Origin: a virus
Taxonomy: Duplodnaviria; Caudoviricetes
DNA: 64,000 bases
Reading direction: 5' to 3' (one strand)
Virus record (IMG/VR): IMGVR_UViG_3300020420_000671
Part shown: positions 1-9,757 of the stretch, in pieces
Numbering within the stretch: position 1 is the first letter of the stretch
Layout: every line of letters starts with the position of its first letter
The notes under the pieces: generated by a model
Seen by the model: the letters and a program-made list of their open reading frames with translations, nothing else
Database searches by the model: none
Told to the model about the DNA's origin: nothing
Position numbers and translations under genes: made by a program

Positions 1-1
1 A

Positions 2-2734
2 AATACAATAGATGATAGAACATTTAATATCACAATCGACGGAGCAGATGCTCCTACTTGGGTAACCAATGAAGGTTCTTTACCATTAGGTCCTAATCAA
101 AAATTTTATATACTAGATAGTAGTCCGGTTGATTTTCAACTACAGGTAATAGATCCTGATATACCAGCAGGAGATAATCTAGAATACTTTATAGCTGATG
201 GAGATGGAGAATTACCTCCAGGTATAGAACTAGGAAATACAACAGGAAAACTTACAGGCATTGTTGAACCTTTGTTGGCATTAGAAAAAAGAGCCGCTTC
301 TGGATTTTATGATTCAAATACATTTGGAGAATTTCCTTTTGATTTTGGTGTACAAAGTTTTAATGGTTATTCAAGTTTTTATTATGATACGAATTTTTAT
401 GATTTTGCTATACCAACACAAAGTCCAAAAAAATTAAATAGATTCTATGATTTTACAGTTAGTGTTAGTGACGGAATAGTAATAGCCAAGAGACCATTTC
501 AAATTTATCTTGTAGGTGATGATTTCCTTAGAACAGATAATACAATCATGCAGATAGGAACAGGATTATTTACAGCAGATAACACATTCCTAAGAGCTCC
601 TGTTTGGTTGACTCCAAGTGATTTAGGATTTAGGAGAGCTAACAATTACGTTACTTTATTCTTAGATGTGTATGATCCTACAAGCAATCAAGGACTAATC
701 AGTTTCACAGTAAAAAAAGCTAATCCAGATGGAACAGCAAGTGCTTTACCTCCAGGATTAAGTATTGATTCTACAACAGGCGAAATCGCAGGATTAGTTC
801 CTTATCAACCTGCTGTTACAAAAGAATATAAATTTACTATTGAAGCTCTAAGACAACTTGGATCAGCCGCTAGTACATCTTTCCAATCATATTTCAATAA
901 CATAGGCGTTGGCCAAACTTGGTCAGGAGAACAAAATGTTCCTTTCTTTAATTTTGCTGAACAAAACTTTATAGGACAAAACAACGAAACTGGTTGGATT
1001 GTTTTTAATTCTGTTCCTGTAACAACAGCAGATGCTAGTGATAATTCAAAATATACTCTACAAGGAGTAATTGATAAATCTGTTTGGGTGGTGAAAAATG
1101 GTAGAGTAGTTGGAACAGCAACTGATAAAACTTTAACAAGAGTAGAGCAAGGTGATAGTGATTTAATTAGATCGAGTTTTAAAGGCAGTATTACTGATGT
1201 TGGTTTTAGAACATTTGATGGTAACGGGGCAGTGACTTCCAACAAAGTAGTTACAATGTCCTTTTATGATTATGATGAAAGGATTACATCTGAAACAAAT
1301 CAGGTTATAGGAAAAGATAAAACCTTTACAGTAAAATTACTAGGAGAAGTAGAAAGTGTAATTACGTGGAATACAGCGAGTGATCTCGGAAACTTACGAG
1401 CAAACTTTATTTCAACTTTGTCAGTAAATGCTACAAGCACAGTACCTAATGCCATTTTAGTGTATTCATTAGATTCAGGTAGATTACCTCCTGGAATAAC
1501 ATTAGCTATTGATGGACAATTACAAGGAAAAGTTAGACAGTTTGGAGAAGTTGGTAAGCCCGGACTGACCACCATTGATAAAGCAACTGGAGCATTTACG
1601 TTAGACGGTGGTACAACAACACTTGATAGATCATATACGTTCACAGTTACAGCACAAGATCAATTTGGATTTAGTGCTACAACAAGAACGTTTACTATAT
1701 CAACAACTGATCCAGATGATTTGTTATATAGCAGTATCTCAATGGTACCATTAATGAAAAATACTGATAGATTAAGTTTTAGGAATTTTATATCTGATCC
1801 AAATATATTTCCTCCACAGGCAGTATACAGACCAAACGATCCTGCTTTTGGATTACAAGATCAAATCAAAGCATTAGCATACGCAGGAATTGAAACAAAA
1901 GAGGTACAAGAATTTGTTGGAGCTGTGGCGAAAAATCATCTAAAGAAACAATACAAGTTCGGAGCAGTAAAAAAAGCTGTGGCGAAAAATGTTGGCTCTA
2001 ATGACACAGTATATGAAGTTATCTATGTTGAACTAGTTGATCCTTCGGAGCCTACAGCAGGAGAGACAAAAGAACAGTTTATCACAACAACTTCTAAAAA
2101 CGTTACGGTTGATAGTGTTCAGTTTGAGGTTAATGATGATAACACTGGTGTAGGTACTGGACAAGGATTTTTTGACATAGGACTAAGAGGTGGGGCAGGA
2201 AAATCGCCTGCTTCTACAGGAACAATAACAATCTTTGCTAGAACATCTCCGTTATTGTTTACTCCAGGAAATCAAATTACAGTTACAGATCAATCAGGCA
2301 ATGTTATTGTTGTTGCTGATATAGATGACAGTATTAACAGTGATCCTCTTAGACTTCGTCCAATTACTAATACGATTAAGATTGATAGTAATGCTATTAA
2401 GATAAGCGATAGTGCTGATCAAAGAAAGTACATCAGTAATATAACAAATATGAGAAAACGTATTAGAGCATTAGGAAATAATTTAAGAGAATTTTATCCA
2501 TTATGGATGCGAACATCACAAGCAACTGGCCAAGCTGAATTAGGTTTTATTTTAGCAGTACCTTTGGTGTATTGTAAACCAGGACAAGCTGATGCTGTTT
2601 TACTAAACATAACAAACAGTAATTTTGATTTTAAAAAATTAAACATAGAAATAGATCGTTATAACATAGACTCAACAAAAAATAACAGTAATGAACAATA
2701 CATCAAATTTGCTGATTTCCAATTTAACGTCTAA
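2..2734 (+). CDS. Large virion structural protein with putative Ig/cadherin-like repeats (baseplate/tail associated); 5'-truncated by window edge
   Basis: Frame is open from position 2, upstream of the 272 start in the ORF track. Repeated LPPG(I/L)xxxxxxG motifs typical of He_PIG/putative Ig domains; Thr/Gly/Asn-rich beta composition. Confidence 0.65.
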   Translation, partial: NTIDDRTFNITIDGADAPTWVTNEGSLPLGPNQKFYILDSSPVDFQLQVIDPDIPAGDNLEYFIADGDGELPPGIELGNTTGKLTGIVEPLLALEKRAASGFYDSNTFGEFPFDFGVQSFNGYSSFYYDTNFYDFAIPTQSPKKLNRFYDFTVSVSDGIVIAKRPFQIYLVGDDFLRTDNTIMQIGTGLFTADNTFLRAPVWLTPSDLGFRRANNYVTLFLDVYDPTSNQGLISFTVKKANPDGTASALPPGLSIDSTTGEIAGLVPYQPAVTKEYKFTIEALRQLGSAASTSFQSYFNNIGVGQTWSGEQNVPFFNFAEQNFIGQNNETGWIVFNSVPVTTADASDNSKYTLQGVIDKSVWVVKNGRVVGTATDKTLTRVEQGDSDLIRSSFKGSITDVGFRTFDGNGAVTSNKVVTMSFYDYDERITSETNQVIGKDKTFTVKLLGEVESVITWNTASDLGNLRANFISTLSVNATSTVPNAILVYSLDSGRLPPGITLAIDGQLQGKVRQFGEVGKPGLTTIDKATGAFTLDGGTTTLDRSYTFTVTAQDQFGFSATTRTFTISTTDPDDLLYSSISMVPLMKNTDRLSFRNFISDPNIFPPQAVYRPNDPAFGLQDQIKALAYAGIETKEVQEFVGAVAKNHLKKQYKFGAVKKAVAKNVGSNDTVYEVIYVELVDPSEPTAGETKEQFITTTSKNVTVDSVQFEVNDDNTGVGTGQGFFDIGLRGGAGKSPASTGTITIFARTSPLLFTPGNQITVTDQSGNVIVVADIDDSINSDPLRLRPITNTIKIDSNAIKISDSADQRKYISNITNMRKRIRALGNNLREFYPLWMRTSQATGQAELGFILAVPLVYCKPGQADAVLLNITNSNFDFKKLNIEIDRYNIDSTKNNSNEQYIKFADFQFNV

Positions 2735-2740
2735 TAAATA
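2733..2740 (+). promoter_or_regulatory. T4-like late promoter (AATAAATA)
   Basis: Matches the recurring (N)ATAAATA box found upstream of many genes here; followed by GGAG SD and ATG 2758. Confidence 0.45.
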
Positions 2741-2757
2741 TTTTGTTGGAGTAACAT

Positions 2758-3507
2758 ATGGCTGGTATTAGCAAGTCCCAAAAATTAGAATTATCAAACA
2801 TAGCTGTAGAACTAGATAAAGAAGAAGTTGGTTTAATAAGATACGTCCTTGAGAATTATTTCACAATGACTTCTGTAGCTAGATTGGTGAATACTTTAAA
2901 GTCCTGTAAATATGCTGTAGAAAATAATATCCCTGGAGATTTTGTTGAATGTGGAGTATGGCGAGGCGGACATGGAATATTAGCAAAGAAAATATTTGAA
3001 CGCATGGGGTCTAACAAAAAAGTTTGGATGTATGATACATTTGAAGGAATGGCAGAACCAACAGAATTTGATGTCAATGCTCGGACTAAAGAAAAGGCCA
3101 CTGTTAAATATCATCAAACCAAAACAGAGACGCATGTTGATTGGTGTTACGCATCTTTAGAAGATGTCAAGAAATGTTGTCAGGTATCTGGTTTAGACAT
3201 AAATGCAGTTACGTTTATAAAAGGAGACGTGTGCGAAACACTTAAAGATCCTATCAATAGACCGACACAGATAAGTGTGCTTAGATTGGACACTGATTGG
3301 TATCAATCTACTAAAACAGAATTACATTGGTTGTATCCTGTTTTAAGCAATAATGGTGTGCTTATTATCGATGATTATGGGCATTGGCAAGGATCTCGTA
3401 AGGCAGTAGACGAATATTTCGCCAAAAATCCATATAAACCTTTGTTTAACGTAGTAGACTTTACTGGACGTTCAGCAATTAAGATAAATAATATGACAGG
3501 AGAATAG
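2758..3507 (+). CDS. TylF/MycF-family (macrocin) O-methyltransferase
   Basis: GDFVECGVWRGG SAM-binding motif, DTFEGM, LRLDTDWYQST and IIDDYGHWQG motifs. Confidence 0.9.
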   Translation: MAGISKSQKLELSNIAVELDKEEVGLIRYVLENYFTMTSVARLVNTLKSCKYAVENNIPGDFVECGVWRGGHGILAKKIFERMGSNKKVWMYDTFEGMAEPTEFDVNARTKEKATVKYHQTKTETHVDWCYASLEDVKKCCQVSGLDINAVTFIKGDVCETLKDPINRPTQISVLRLDTDWYQSTKTELHWLYPVLSNNGVLIIDDYGHWQGSRKAVDEYFAKNPYKPLFNVVDFTGRSAIKINNMTGE

Positions 3508-3508
3508 C

Positions 3509-4081
3509 ATGGCTAGTAATATAAATGATACAGGTGTAAACAAAGATTACCCAGTAGCAGGTCAAGATAACGATTCACAGGGCTTTAGAGATAACTTTAA
3601 TGTTATCAAGGACAATTTTGTAGCCGCAAAAAGCGAGATAGAAACCCTACAAACAAACACAGCAAAGCTAAACGCTTCTAATAATTTTCTTGGCAACAAT
3701 ATTCAAAACGCAAACTTCATTGACAATAGCTATGGTTATTTTGCTGGAGGTACTGTAAACTCTAGTCAAAACGTAAACTATAGTAACGGTAATTTTCAAT
3801 CTTTTACTGTTGGCGCAGATATTACATTAACATTAACTGAGTGGCCGGCAACTACTAAAGCAGGTGTTGTAAGAGTGTATGTCAACAATGACGGAGTGCA
3901 AAGAACAATTACCTTTGCTTCTAATGCTGGCGCTGGAACTTTAAAAAAGAGCAGTGACTGGTCAGGCGCAGGGAATACATTTGTAATAGATACTCCGAAC
4001 ACAAGAACTTACGTTTTTGAATTCATTAGTTACGACGCTGGAGCAACTGTATTCGCAGATTACATCGGTTACTTTGAATAA
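3509..4081 (+). CDS. Probable virion structural protein
   Basis: N-terminal YPVAGQDNDSQGFRDNF segment, short coiled coil, then beta-rich domain; lies in the structural gene run. Confidence 0.5.
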   Translation: MASNINDTGVNKDYPVAGQDNDSQGFRDNFNVIKDNFVAAKSEIETLQTNTAKLNASNNFLGNNIQNANFIDNSYGYFAGGTVNSSQNVNYSNGNFQSFTVGADITLTLTEWPATTKAGVVRVYVNNDGVQRTITFASNAGAGTLKKSSDWSGAGNTFVIDTPNTRTYVFEFISYDAGATVFADYIGYFE

Positions 4082-4311
4082 TGATTCATCCATTTAGCGA
4101 AGATACTGCTAATATGTCTGTATCCGATATACACGAAAAACTTGCCGAACTATCCAAAAAATACTTCCAAACCCAAAATCCACAGGTAAGAGAACAATTA
4201 CAAACATTTATTGAATTCTATAAGCAAGAAGCTAGAATAAAAGAAGAAAAAGAAAAACAACAAGAACAAAATGGCGATTTAGATCTTGACAATTTGATCA
4301 ATATATCGTAA
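4081..4311 (+). CDS. Hypothetical protein
   Basis: ORF translationally coupled to the upstream gene; helical, charged. Confidence 0.6.
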   Translation: MIHPFSEDTANMSVSDIHEKLAELSKKYFQTQNPQVREQLQTFIEFYKQEARIKEEKEKQQEQNGDLDLDNLINIS

Positions 4312-4321
4312 AATACAATTA

Positions 4322-4843
4322 ATGCTAATGAAAACAGACAATTTTGGAATTCCCAGATTCACGAGCGAGGATCTAATAGATTTAATCTATGAAGGTAATA
4401 TTAATAAGTGCCACACAGTTCTATGTGATCCTAGTGACGATATAGATAGATTTAACACACTAGCAGAACACTCTGGTATTCCTAAATTAAAAAAATATAA
4501 AGAGATAGATGTATCAAAAGAACAGTTTGACGAAGTGTGTCAAAATGAATGGTTCATGCCAGATTATTACAAAACACTAGATATAGAGAAATACGTAAAA
4601 GATAAGTGTAAAGATCAACAAGAAATTGATAGAGTAGAAAAAGAACTAATAGAGTATAAAAAAAGACAGATGTACAATCTTCTTAGATACATGGTTTATC
4701 TAGTTGACTTTATGAGAGAAAACCACATAGTGTGGGGTGTAGGAAGAGGTTCGAGTGTAGCCAGTTATATACTATATTTAATTGGTATACATAAAGTTAA
4801 TTCGATCCAATATGAGCTAGATTACACCGAGTTCTTGAGATAA
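4322..4843 (+). CDS. Stand-alone fragment of DNA polymerase III alpha (DnaE) palm region
   Basis: RVEKEL...VWGVGRGSSVASYILYLIGIHKVNSIQYELDYTEFLR parallels DnaE GRGSAAGSLVAYxLGITxxDPxxYxLxFERFL; stops before the catalytic DxD. Confidence 0.75.
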   Translation: MLMKTDNFGIPRFTSEDLIDLIYEGNINKCHTVLCDPSDDIDRFNTLAEHSGIPKLKKYKEIDVSKEQFDEVCQNEWFMPDYYKTLDIEKYVKDKCKDQQEIDRVEKELIEYKKRQMYNLLRYMVYLVDFMRENHIVWGVGRGSSVASYILYLIGIHKVNSIQYELDYTEFLR

Positions 4844-4870
4844 GTACATATATAATAAAGGAGGTCAGTT

Positions 4871-5263
4871 ATGGCAGTCAGACAAACAGGTAGAAAACAA
4901 TACCGTACAATGCAAGGTAAGAACATTGATATGGATCTTCTACGCCAGAGAAATGAACTTACTCCAGCAGTTGGCAACGTAAGAGTTAACGCTAGAGGAG
5001 ATGAATTAGGTCCAGGCGGAAAGATCGTTAGAAAACGTGAAGATGTCCTTAGAGACTATTACGAAGATAATGTTCCTGCTACAGAGTTTGAAACTCCAGC
5101 TACTTCAGTCAAAGAAGAAGCCGATGAAGCTCCAGCAGTACAAGTAGAAGAAGTTAAAAAATCTTCGAGTGTAAAAACAAAGTCTGGAAAAACAAAAGCT
5201 GAAACAGCTGAAGAAGATTGGGTAGAAGACAAAGACGGCAATTTTGTTAAAAGAGGTGCGTAA
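4871..5263 (+). CDS. Hypothetical protein
   Basis: Strong SD (AGGAGG), ATAAGTA box upstream, low-complexity charged C-terminus. Confidence 0.7.
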   Translation: MAVRQTGRKQYRTMQGKNIDMDLLRQRNELTPAVGNVRVNARGDELGPGGKIVRKREDVLRDYYEDNVPATEFETPATSVKEEADEAPAVQVEEVKKSSSVKTKSGKTKAETAEEDWVEDKDGNFVKRGA

Positions 5264-5661
5264 TGGCAACTAATCTACATACTATACAGGGAGACCTTAC
5301 CCCTGTTAAAAATAGAGTCTTGGTAAGAGATATGTATTTTGGAGAGCAAAAGACAGCAGGTGGTTTAATTATCTCAAATGATGACGGAACCACAAGAGGT
5401 ATATATCCTAGATGGGCAAAAGTTTATGCCAAAGGTCCAACTAATAATGATGACTATAATAATGGTGATTGGATATTAGTTGAACATGGTAGATGGACTA
5501 GAGGAGTAAAAATCAATAACGGCAATGAGGAAATTGAACTTAGAATGGTAGAAGCTGAAAGTGTTCTAGCAGTAAGTGAGGAGAAACCTACGGACGCTAT
5601 TATTGGTAAGGAGTACTCCGACGGACCTGTAGATATTAGACCAGAAGAATTTACAAGGTGA
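5263..5661 (+). CDS. groES: Co-chaperonin GroES (Cpn10)
   Basis: PVKNRVLV...KTAGGLII mobile-loop motif, GPxxxxxxxGDWILV. Confidence 0.8.
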   Translation: MATNLHTIQGDLTPVKNRVLVRDMYFGEQKTAGGLIISNDDGTTRGIYPRWAKVYAKGPTNNDDYNNGDWILVEHGRWTRGVKINNGNEEIELRMVEAESVLAVSEEKPTDAIIGKEYSDGPVDIRPEEFTR

Positions 5662-6125
5662 TTGAATTGATAGATTTAGAAACTGTTCGTAGGAACATAC
5701 CAGAAGAAAAAAGCACAGACAAGATTGATCTAAACAAGTATAAAAACTTTGTACAAGAAGTGACGTCTGCGGAATCAAATAATAGTTCATTTATGACTGA
5801 AAGAATTAAGCAACTTGAATTCGATTCCAAAACAAATATAGCTTTACTGATGACAGGAGCAATTGGTATAGCATCAGAAGGAGGCGAATTTGCTGAAATT
5901 ATTAAAAAATGTGTATTTCAAGGTAAGCCTATGGACGACGATACCAAATATCATATTAAGCGAGAACTTGGCGATATTATTTGGTATTGGATTAATTCAT
6001 GTAGAGCATTGGATTTAGATCCAAATGAAGTTATAAAAGAAAATGTTAACAAACTTAAGGCAAGATATCCAGGCGGTGAATTTGATGTACACTATTCCGA
6101 AAATAGAAAACAAGGTGATTTATAG
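5658..6125 (+). CDS. MazG-like nucleotide pyrophosphohydrolase
   Basis: GIASEGGEFAEIIKK...ELGDIIWY...ENVNKLKARYP all-alpha NTP-PPase motifs. Confidence 0.85.
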   Translation: MIELIDLETVRRNIPEEKSTDKIDLNKYKNFVQEVTSAESNNSSFMTERIKQLEFDSKTNIALLMTGAIGIASEGGEFAEIIKKCVFQGKPMDDDTKYHIKRELGDIIWYWINSCRALDLDPNEVIKENVNKLKARYPGGEFDVHYSENRKQGDL

Positions 6126-6135
6126 CCAAAAGTAG

Positions 6136-6164
6136 TTGACATTCCGAGTTGTTTATGTTATTAT
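6136..6164 (+). promoter_or_regulatory. Sigma70-type promoter
   Basis: TTGACA-17 nt-TATTAT with TGn extended -10. Confidence 0.7.
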
Positions 6165-6184
6165 AAACAAAATAGGAGTGTATA

Positions 6185-6349
6185 ATGAAGTTTCCAAAAC
6201 CACAATCAAGCGGCATTGGTACAACTGGAGTTGTAGGTGTTGCTTTAATGACTTTACATTTAATTGGCATGATAGAAGGCTGGGGTTGGCCTATACTTTA
6301 TATTCTACTAATCCTCATAGCAATGGGACAGGAGAATAGGAAAGGATAA
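6185..6349 (+). CDS. Small membrane protein (54 aa, not in ORF track)
   Basis: AGGAG SD; MKFPKPQSSGIGTTGVVGVALMTLHLIGMIEGWGWPILYILLILIAMGQENRKG; stop overlaps next ATG. Confidence 0.65.
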   Translation: MKFPKPQSSGIGTTGVVGVALMTLHLIGMIEGWGWPILYILLILIAMGQENRKG

Positions 6350-7023
6350 TGGGTAAAAGTGTTTACGACATAATTAAAAGACGTAAGCATGTGGTTCATT
6401 ACGACATGAATAAAATTCCATCTAAAGTAGAGATATTGAAATGTTTAAGAGCGTCATGGTCAATGACTCCTTCAAAACAAAACTGCCATCCTTATAGTAT
6501 TAATATATTAGGTCCGGAACACAAAGAACAAAAAATTAAACTATGGAATTTAGTAAAAGATAATCATTTTACAATGGAAGAAAAAGGTGTAAAAGTAGGA
6601 ATGATAGACGAAGTAAGCGGTAGCATTAATCCTTACTATTATCATATAAGGAAAAATCCTTACACACTTATCATTACACCAAGGCTAGTTCTAAAACAAA
6701 ATGAACATTATACAAGGAAGATTAAAGGGGGACATTACATGGAGCAGATGGACCCTGTTAGAATGGAAAACAGAAAAGATATAAATGCTATCTCAGTTGA
6801 GGTAGGTATGTTTGCGGCAAATCTCTGTTCAATATTAATGGAGCGTGGTTTGGATATATCATATACAAATTGCTTTCCAACTGATATAAAACATTGGAAA
6901 GAATTTCCTTTTATAAAGTATGCTCCTGTTCTACTAGTTAGTATAGGAAAGGCTGAAAATTATAGGGGCCGTGTCCAAGGAGATACAAAAGCTCCCTTTG
7001 AAGATATAATAGAATGGAGGTAG
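6349..7023 (+). CDS. Nitroreductase-family protein
   Basis: IIKRRKHVVHY, MTPSKQNCHPY (APSxxNxQPW-like), EVGMFAANL...GLDISY, C-terminal SIGK. Confidence 0.7.
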   Translation: MGKSVYDIIKRRKHVVHYDMNKIPSKVEILKCLRASWSMTPSKQNCHPYSINILGPEHKEQKIKLWNLVKDNHFTMEEKGVKVGMIDEVSGSINPYYYHIRKNPYTLIITPRLVLKQNEHYTRKIKGGHYMEQMDPVRMENRKDINAISVEVGMFAANLCSILMERGLDISYTNCFPTDIKHWKEFPFIKYAPVLLVSIGKAENYRGRVQGDTKAPFEDIIEWR

Positions 7024-7024
7024 A

Positions 7025-7156
7025 ATGAAAAAATATAAAAGAAATTGGTTAGAAAGAAAACTTGATGAATACAATCATACTATGGAATTAATTAGAACAA
7101 TTCTGCCGATTGCTATATTGATCATACAAGTTATAATATTATTGAAGGTTTTATGA
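7025..7156 (+). CDS. Small protein with C-terminal TM helix (43 aa, not in ORF track)
   Basis: MKKYKRNWLERKLDEYNHTMELIRTILPIAILIIQVIILLKVL; stop overlaps next ATG. Confidence 0.5.
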   Translation: MKKYKRNWLERKLDEYNHTMELIRTILPIAILIIQVIILLKVL

Positions 7157-7320
7157 TAGAAGAAATACTTAAAGATTTAAAAGCATTAAGAGATGAGATG
7201 TTATCAGTAAACTGGCCTGCTCAGAGATTAAGTAATATTATTACAATATATGAGATAAAGTTACAAGAGCAAAAAAGTGAAAGTCAAAAATTACAGGATG
7301 ATTTAGAGCCTATAGAATAA
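7153..7320 (+). CDS. Small hypothetical protein (55 aa, not in ORF track)
   Basis: ATGA overlap with upstream gene; fills the gap before 7336. Confidence 0.5.
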   Translation: MIEEILKDLKALRDEMLSVNWPAQRLSNIITIYEIKLQEQKSESQKLQDDLEPIE

Positions 7321-7335
7321 GGTACAGGAGATAGT

Positions 7336-7881
7336 ATGGCGACACATGGAATGATAGATTTAGAAACACTTGGGGTTAATCCTGATAGTGTTATCGTAAC
7401 AGTTGGTGCTATTAAGTTTAATCCATTTGATAATGCTGAACCTCATAATCCTTTGTATCTCAGATGTGATATAGAAGAACAAAGTGAAAATTTAAATAGA
7501 AAAATAGATGATAACACAATGAAGTGGTGGAGTAAACAACCACAAGAAATACAAGACGAAGCATTTGGAGATCATGAAAGAGTGGACAGTGGCGAACTTA
7601 CAAAACAATTAAACAAGTGGTGCGTAGGTTTAGATTATATTTGGTGCCAAGGACCTACCTTTGATTTTGTAATATTACAGGACTTATATAAAAATTTAGG
7701 CAAACCTGTGCCTTGGAACTTTTGGCAGATTAGAGATAGTAGAACATTGTTTAAAATGTTGCCACAGGATCCAAGAAAAAAGATACAACAATCAGCACAC
7801 AACGCCTTAGCAGATTGTTATTATCAAGCAAAATGCGTTCAAGACACATATAAACATTTTGGAGTTAAAAGTGAAAGCTAG
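7336..7881 (+). CDS. DEDDh 3'-5' exonuclease/exoribonuclease
   Basis: MIDLETLG motif I, QGPTFDFVIL motif II, HNALAD motif III. Confidence 0.85.
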   Translation: MATHGMIDLETLGVNPDSVIVTVGAIKFNPFDNAEPHNPLYLRCDIEEQSENLNRKIDDNTMKWWSKQPQEIQDEAFGDHERVDSGELTKQLNKWCVGLDYIWCQGPTFDFVILQDLYKNLGKPVPWNFWQIRDSRTLFKMLPQDPRKKIQQSAHNALADCYYQAKCVQDTYKHFGVKSES

Positions 7882-8182
7882 AAAATTAATTGACGGAACT
7901 GTAGTAGAAGAATTAGAGCAACCAGTTAATTTAGTTATTGAAACCAAATGTCCGAGCAAATGGAAAATCATTGATATGGAAACAGGACAGGCATATATTG
8001 GTACAGATAAAAATAAAAAGTTTCAATATTGGCAAGCCATAGATAATGATAGATTGACAAATATAGAAAAAGAACTTAAAATGTTAAATGAGAAGTTAGG
8101 AAAACATATTGAATTTATTGATCAAACATATGAAGGACTTAAAAACCCAATCAATGCGGCTAGGAGGTGGTTAGGACGATGA
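7871..8182 (+). CDS. Hypothetical protein
   Basis: GTG start after GGAG; CPSKWKIIDMETG motif; coupled to clamp loader. Confidence 0.55.
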   Translation: MKARKLIDGTVVEELEQPVNLVIETKCPSKWKIIDMETGQAYIGTDKNKKFQYWQAIDNDRLTNIEKELKMLNEKLGKHIEFIDQTYEGLKNPINAARRWLGR

Positions 8183-9096
8183 AGGAACTTTGGGTAGAAA
8201 AATATAGGCCGAAGGACGTAAAAGGATATGTGTTTCGGGATGAGCATCAAAGAAAACAAGTTGAGCAGTGGATAAAGGATGGTACTATTCCCCATTTATT
8301 GTTTAGCGGAAATGCTGGTATAGGTAAAACAACTCTAGCTAAAATTTTATTAACACAATTAGAAATAAATGACTTAGACGTATTAGAGATTAATGCCAGT
8401 AGAACTAATAGTGTAGAAGACGTTAGAGATAAGATTGTAAACTTTGTACAAATGATTCCGTTTGGAGCATTTAAGGTTGTATTGCTAGATGAGGCAGATT
8501 ATCTAAGTCCAAACGCACAAGCGGCATTGCGTGGTGTGATGGAAGAATATCATACAACAAGCAGGTTCATACTTACTTGTAACTATCCAAACAGGATTAT
8601 TCCAGCACTACATTCAAGATGTCAAGGCTTTCATATTGAACGTATTGATCAAACAGAATTTACTGCTCGTGTAGCAGAGATATTAATTGCTGAAGAAATT
8701 ACACCAGACATTGATACACTAGATACATACGTTAAGGCTACGTATCCTGATTTACGTAAGTGTATAAATATGGTACAAATGAATAGTGTAAGTGGTGAGC
8801 TTGTTCCTCCGCAAAAGAGTGATGCTGGAGAAAGTGATTGGAAACTTGAGATGACTGAACTATTCAAAGCAGGACAGATTTCTAAAGCAAGAAAACTTGT
8901 CTGTAGCCAAGCAAGACCAGAAGAGATAGAAGATGTTTACAAATGGCTTTATGACAACATTGATCTGTTTGGAAATGAAGAAAAACAGGAAAGTGCTATA
9001 TTGATTATAAAACAAGGATTAGTAGATCATACATTGGTTTCCGACCCAGAAATAAATTTGGCGGCTACTATGATCCGGTTAGCAAGAATGAAATGA
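8179..9096 (+). CDS. Sliding-clamp loader AAA+ subunit (RFC/gp44-like)
   Basis: [15 protein letters not shown] Walker A, LDEAD Walker B, SRC motif, INLAA terminus. Confidence 0.92.
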   Translation: MKELWVEKYRPKDVKGYVFRDEHQRKQVEQWIKDGTIPHLLFSGNAGIGKTTLAKILLTQLEINDLDVLEINASRTNSVEDVRDKIVNFVQMIPFGAFKVVLLDEADYLSPNAQAALRGVMEEYHTTSRFILTCNYPNRIIPALHSRCQGFHIERIDQTEFTARVAEILIAEEITPDIDTLDTYVKATYPDLRKCINMVQMNSVSGELVPPQKSDAGESDWKLEMTELFKAGQISKARKLVCSQARPEEIEDVYKWLYDNIDLFGNEEKQESAILIIKQGLVDHTLVSDPEINLAATMIRLARMK

Positions 9097-9437
9097 CATA
9101 CCTTGTTAATGACAACTGTATAAAATGCAAACACATGGATTGCGTTGAGGTTTGTCCTGTAGACTGTTTCTACGAGGGTGAAAACATGTTGGTGATAAAT
9201 CCAGACGAATGTATTGACTGTGGTGTTTGTGAGCCTGAATGTCCTGTGGATGCTATAATACAAGATTTTGATGATCCTCAAAACAAATGGTATGATTTAA
9301 ATTTTAAATATTCAAACGAATGGCCAAACATTACAGAAAAACGTGACGCCGATGTCCCTGCTGATGCTTCTGAATACAAAGATATGAAAGATAAATTCGA
9401 TAAGTATTTTTCAGAGAAGCCCGGTAAAGGTGATTAA
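9093..9437 (+). CDS. fdxA: 7Fe ferredoxin (FdxA type)
   Basis: [21 protein letters not shown]...[12 protein letters not shown] pattern. Confidence 0.92.
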   Translation: MTYLVNDNCIKCKHMDCVEVCPVDCFYEGENMLVINPDECIDCGVCEPECPVDAIIQDFDDPQNKWYDLNFKYSNEWPNITEKRDADVPADASEYKDMKDKFDKYFSEKPGKGD

Positions 9438-9757
9438 TGAAATTAAAATGTAAGCATATTCTATTAAGTCATAAAGACGCAGAAAATAGTACTCACGATA
9501 GACCTTTAGGCGTTGCTGTTAAAGAAGCCGAAAGAATAATCAAAGAACTTAAAACAGGTGGTATTTCATTTGCCGAAGCCGCAGGAACATTTAGTGCCTG
9601 TGCCAGTGGTCCAAGACAGGGCGGAGATCTTGGTTGGTTTGAAGAACATAAGATGCATCCAGACTTTTCAGAAGCAGTCAAGGTTATAGGAGTAGATACA
9701 ATAGGACCTCCTGTGATTACTCCTTGGGGTGTTCACATAGTATTGAGGACAGGATGA
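9437..9757 (+). CDS. ppiC: Parvulin (PpiC-type) peptidyl-prolyl isomerase
   Basis: HILL, FAEAAGTFSAC, GGDLGWF, TPWGVHIV. Confidence 0.9.
   Translation: MKLKCKHILLSHKDAENSTHDRPLGVAVKEAERIIKELKTGGISFAEAAGTFSACASGPRQGGDLGWFEEHKMHPDFSEAVKVIGVDTIGPPVITPWGVHIVLRTG

Noticed and set aside
4871-5263. KNIDMD as the missing DnaE catalytic motif
   Set aside because: The surrounding sequence lacks DnaE palm and finger features, and a separate promoter box and SD intervene; probably coincidence.
6136-6339. 67-aa ORF in the track
   Set aside because: It starts at the TTG of a -35 box; a better ORF in another frame (6185-6349) has an SD and couples to the next gene.
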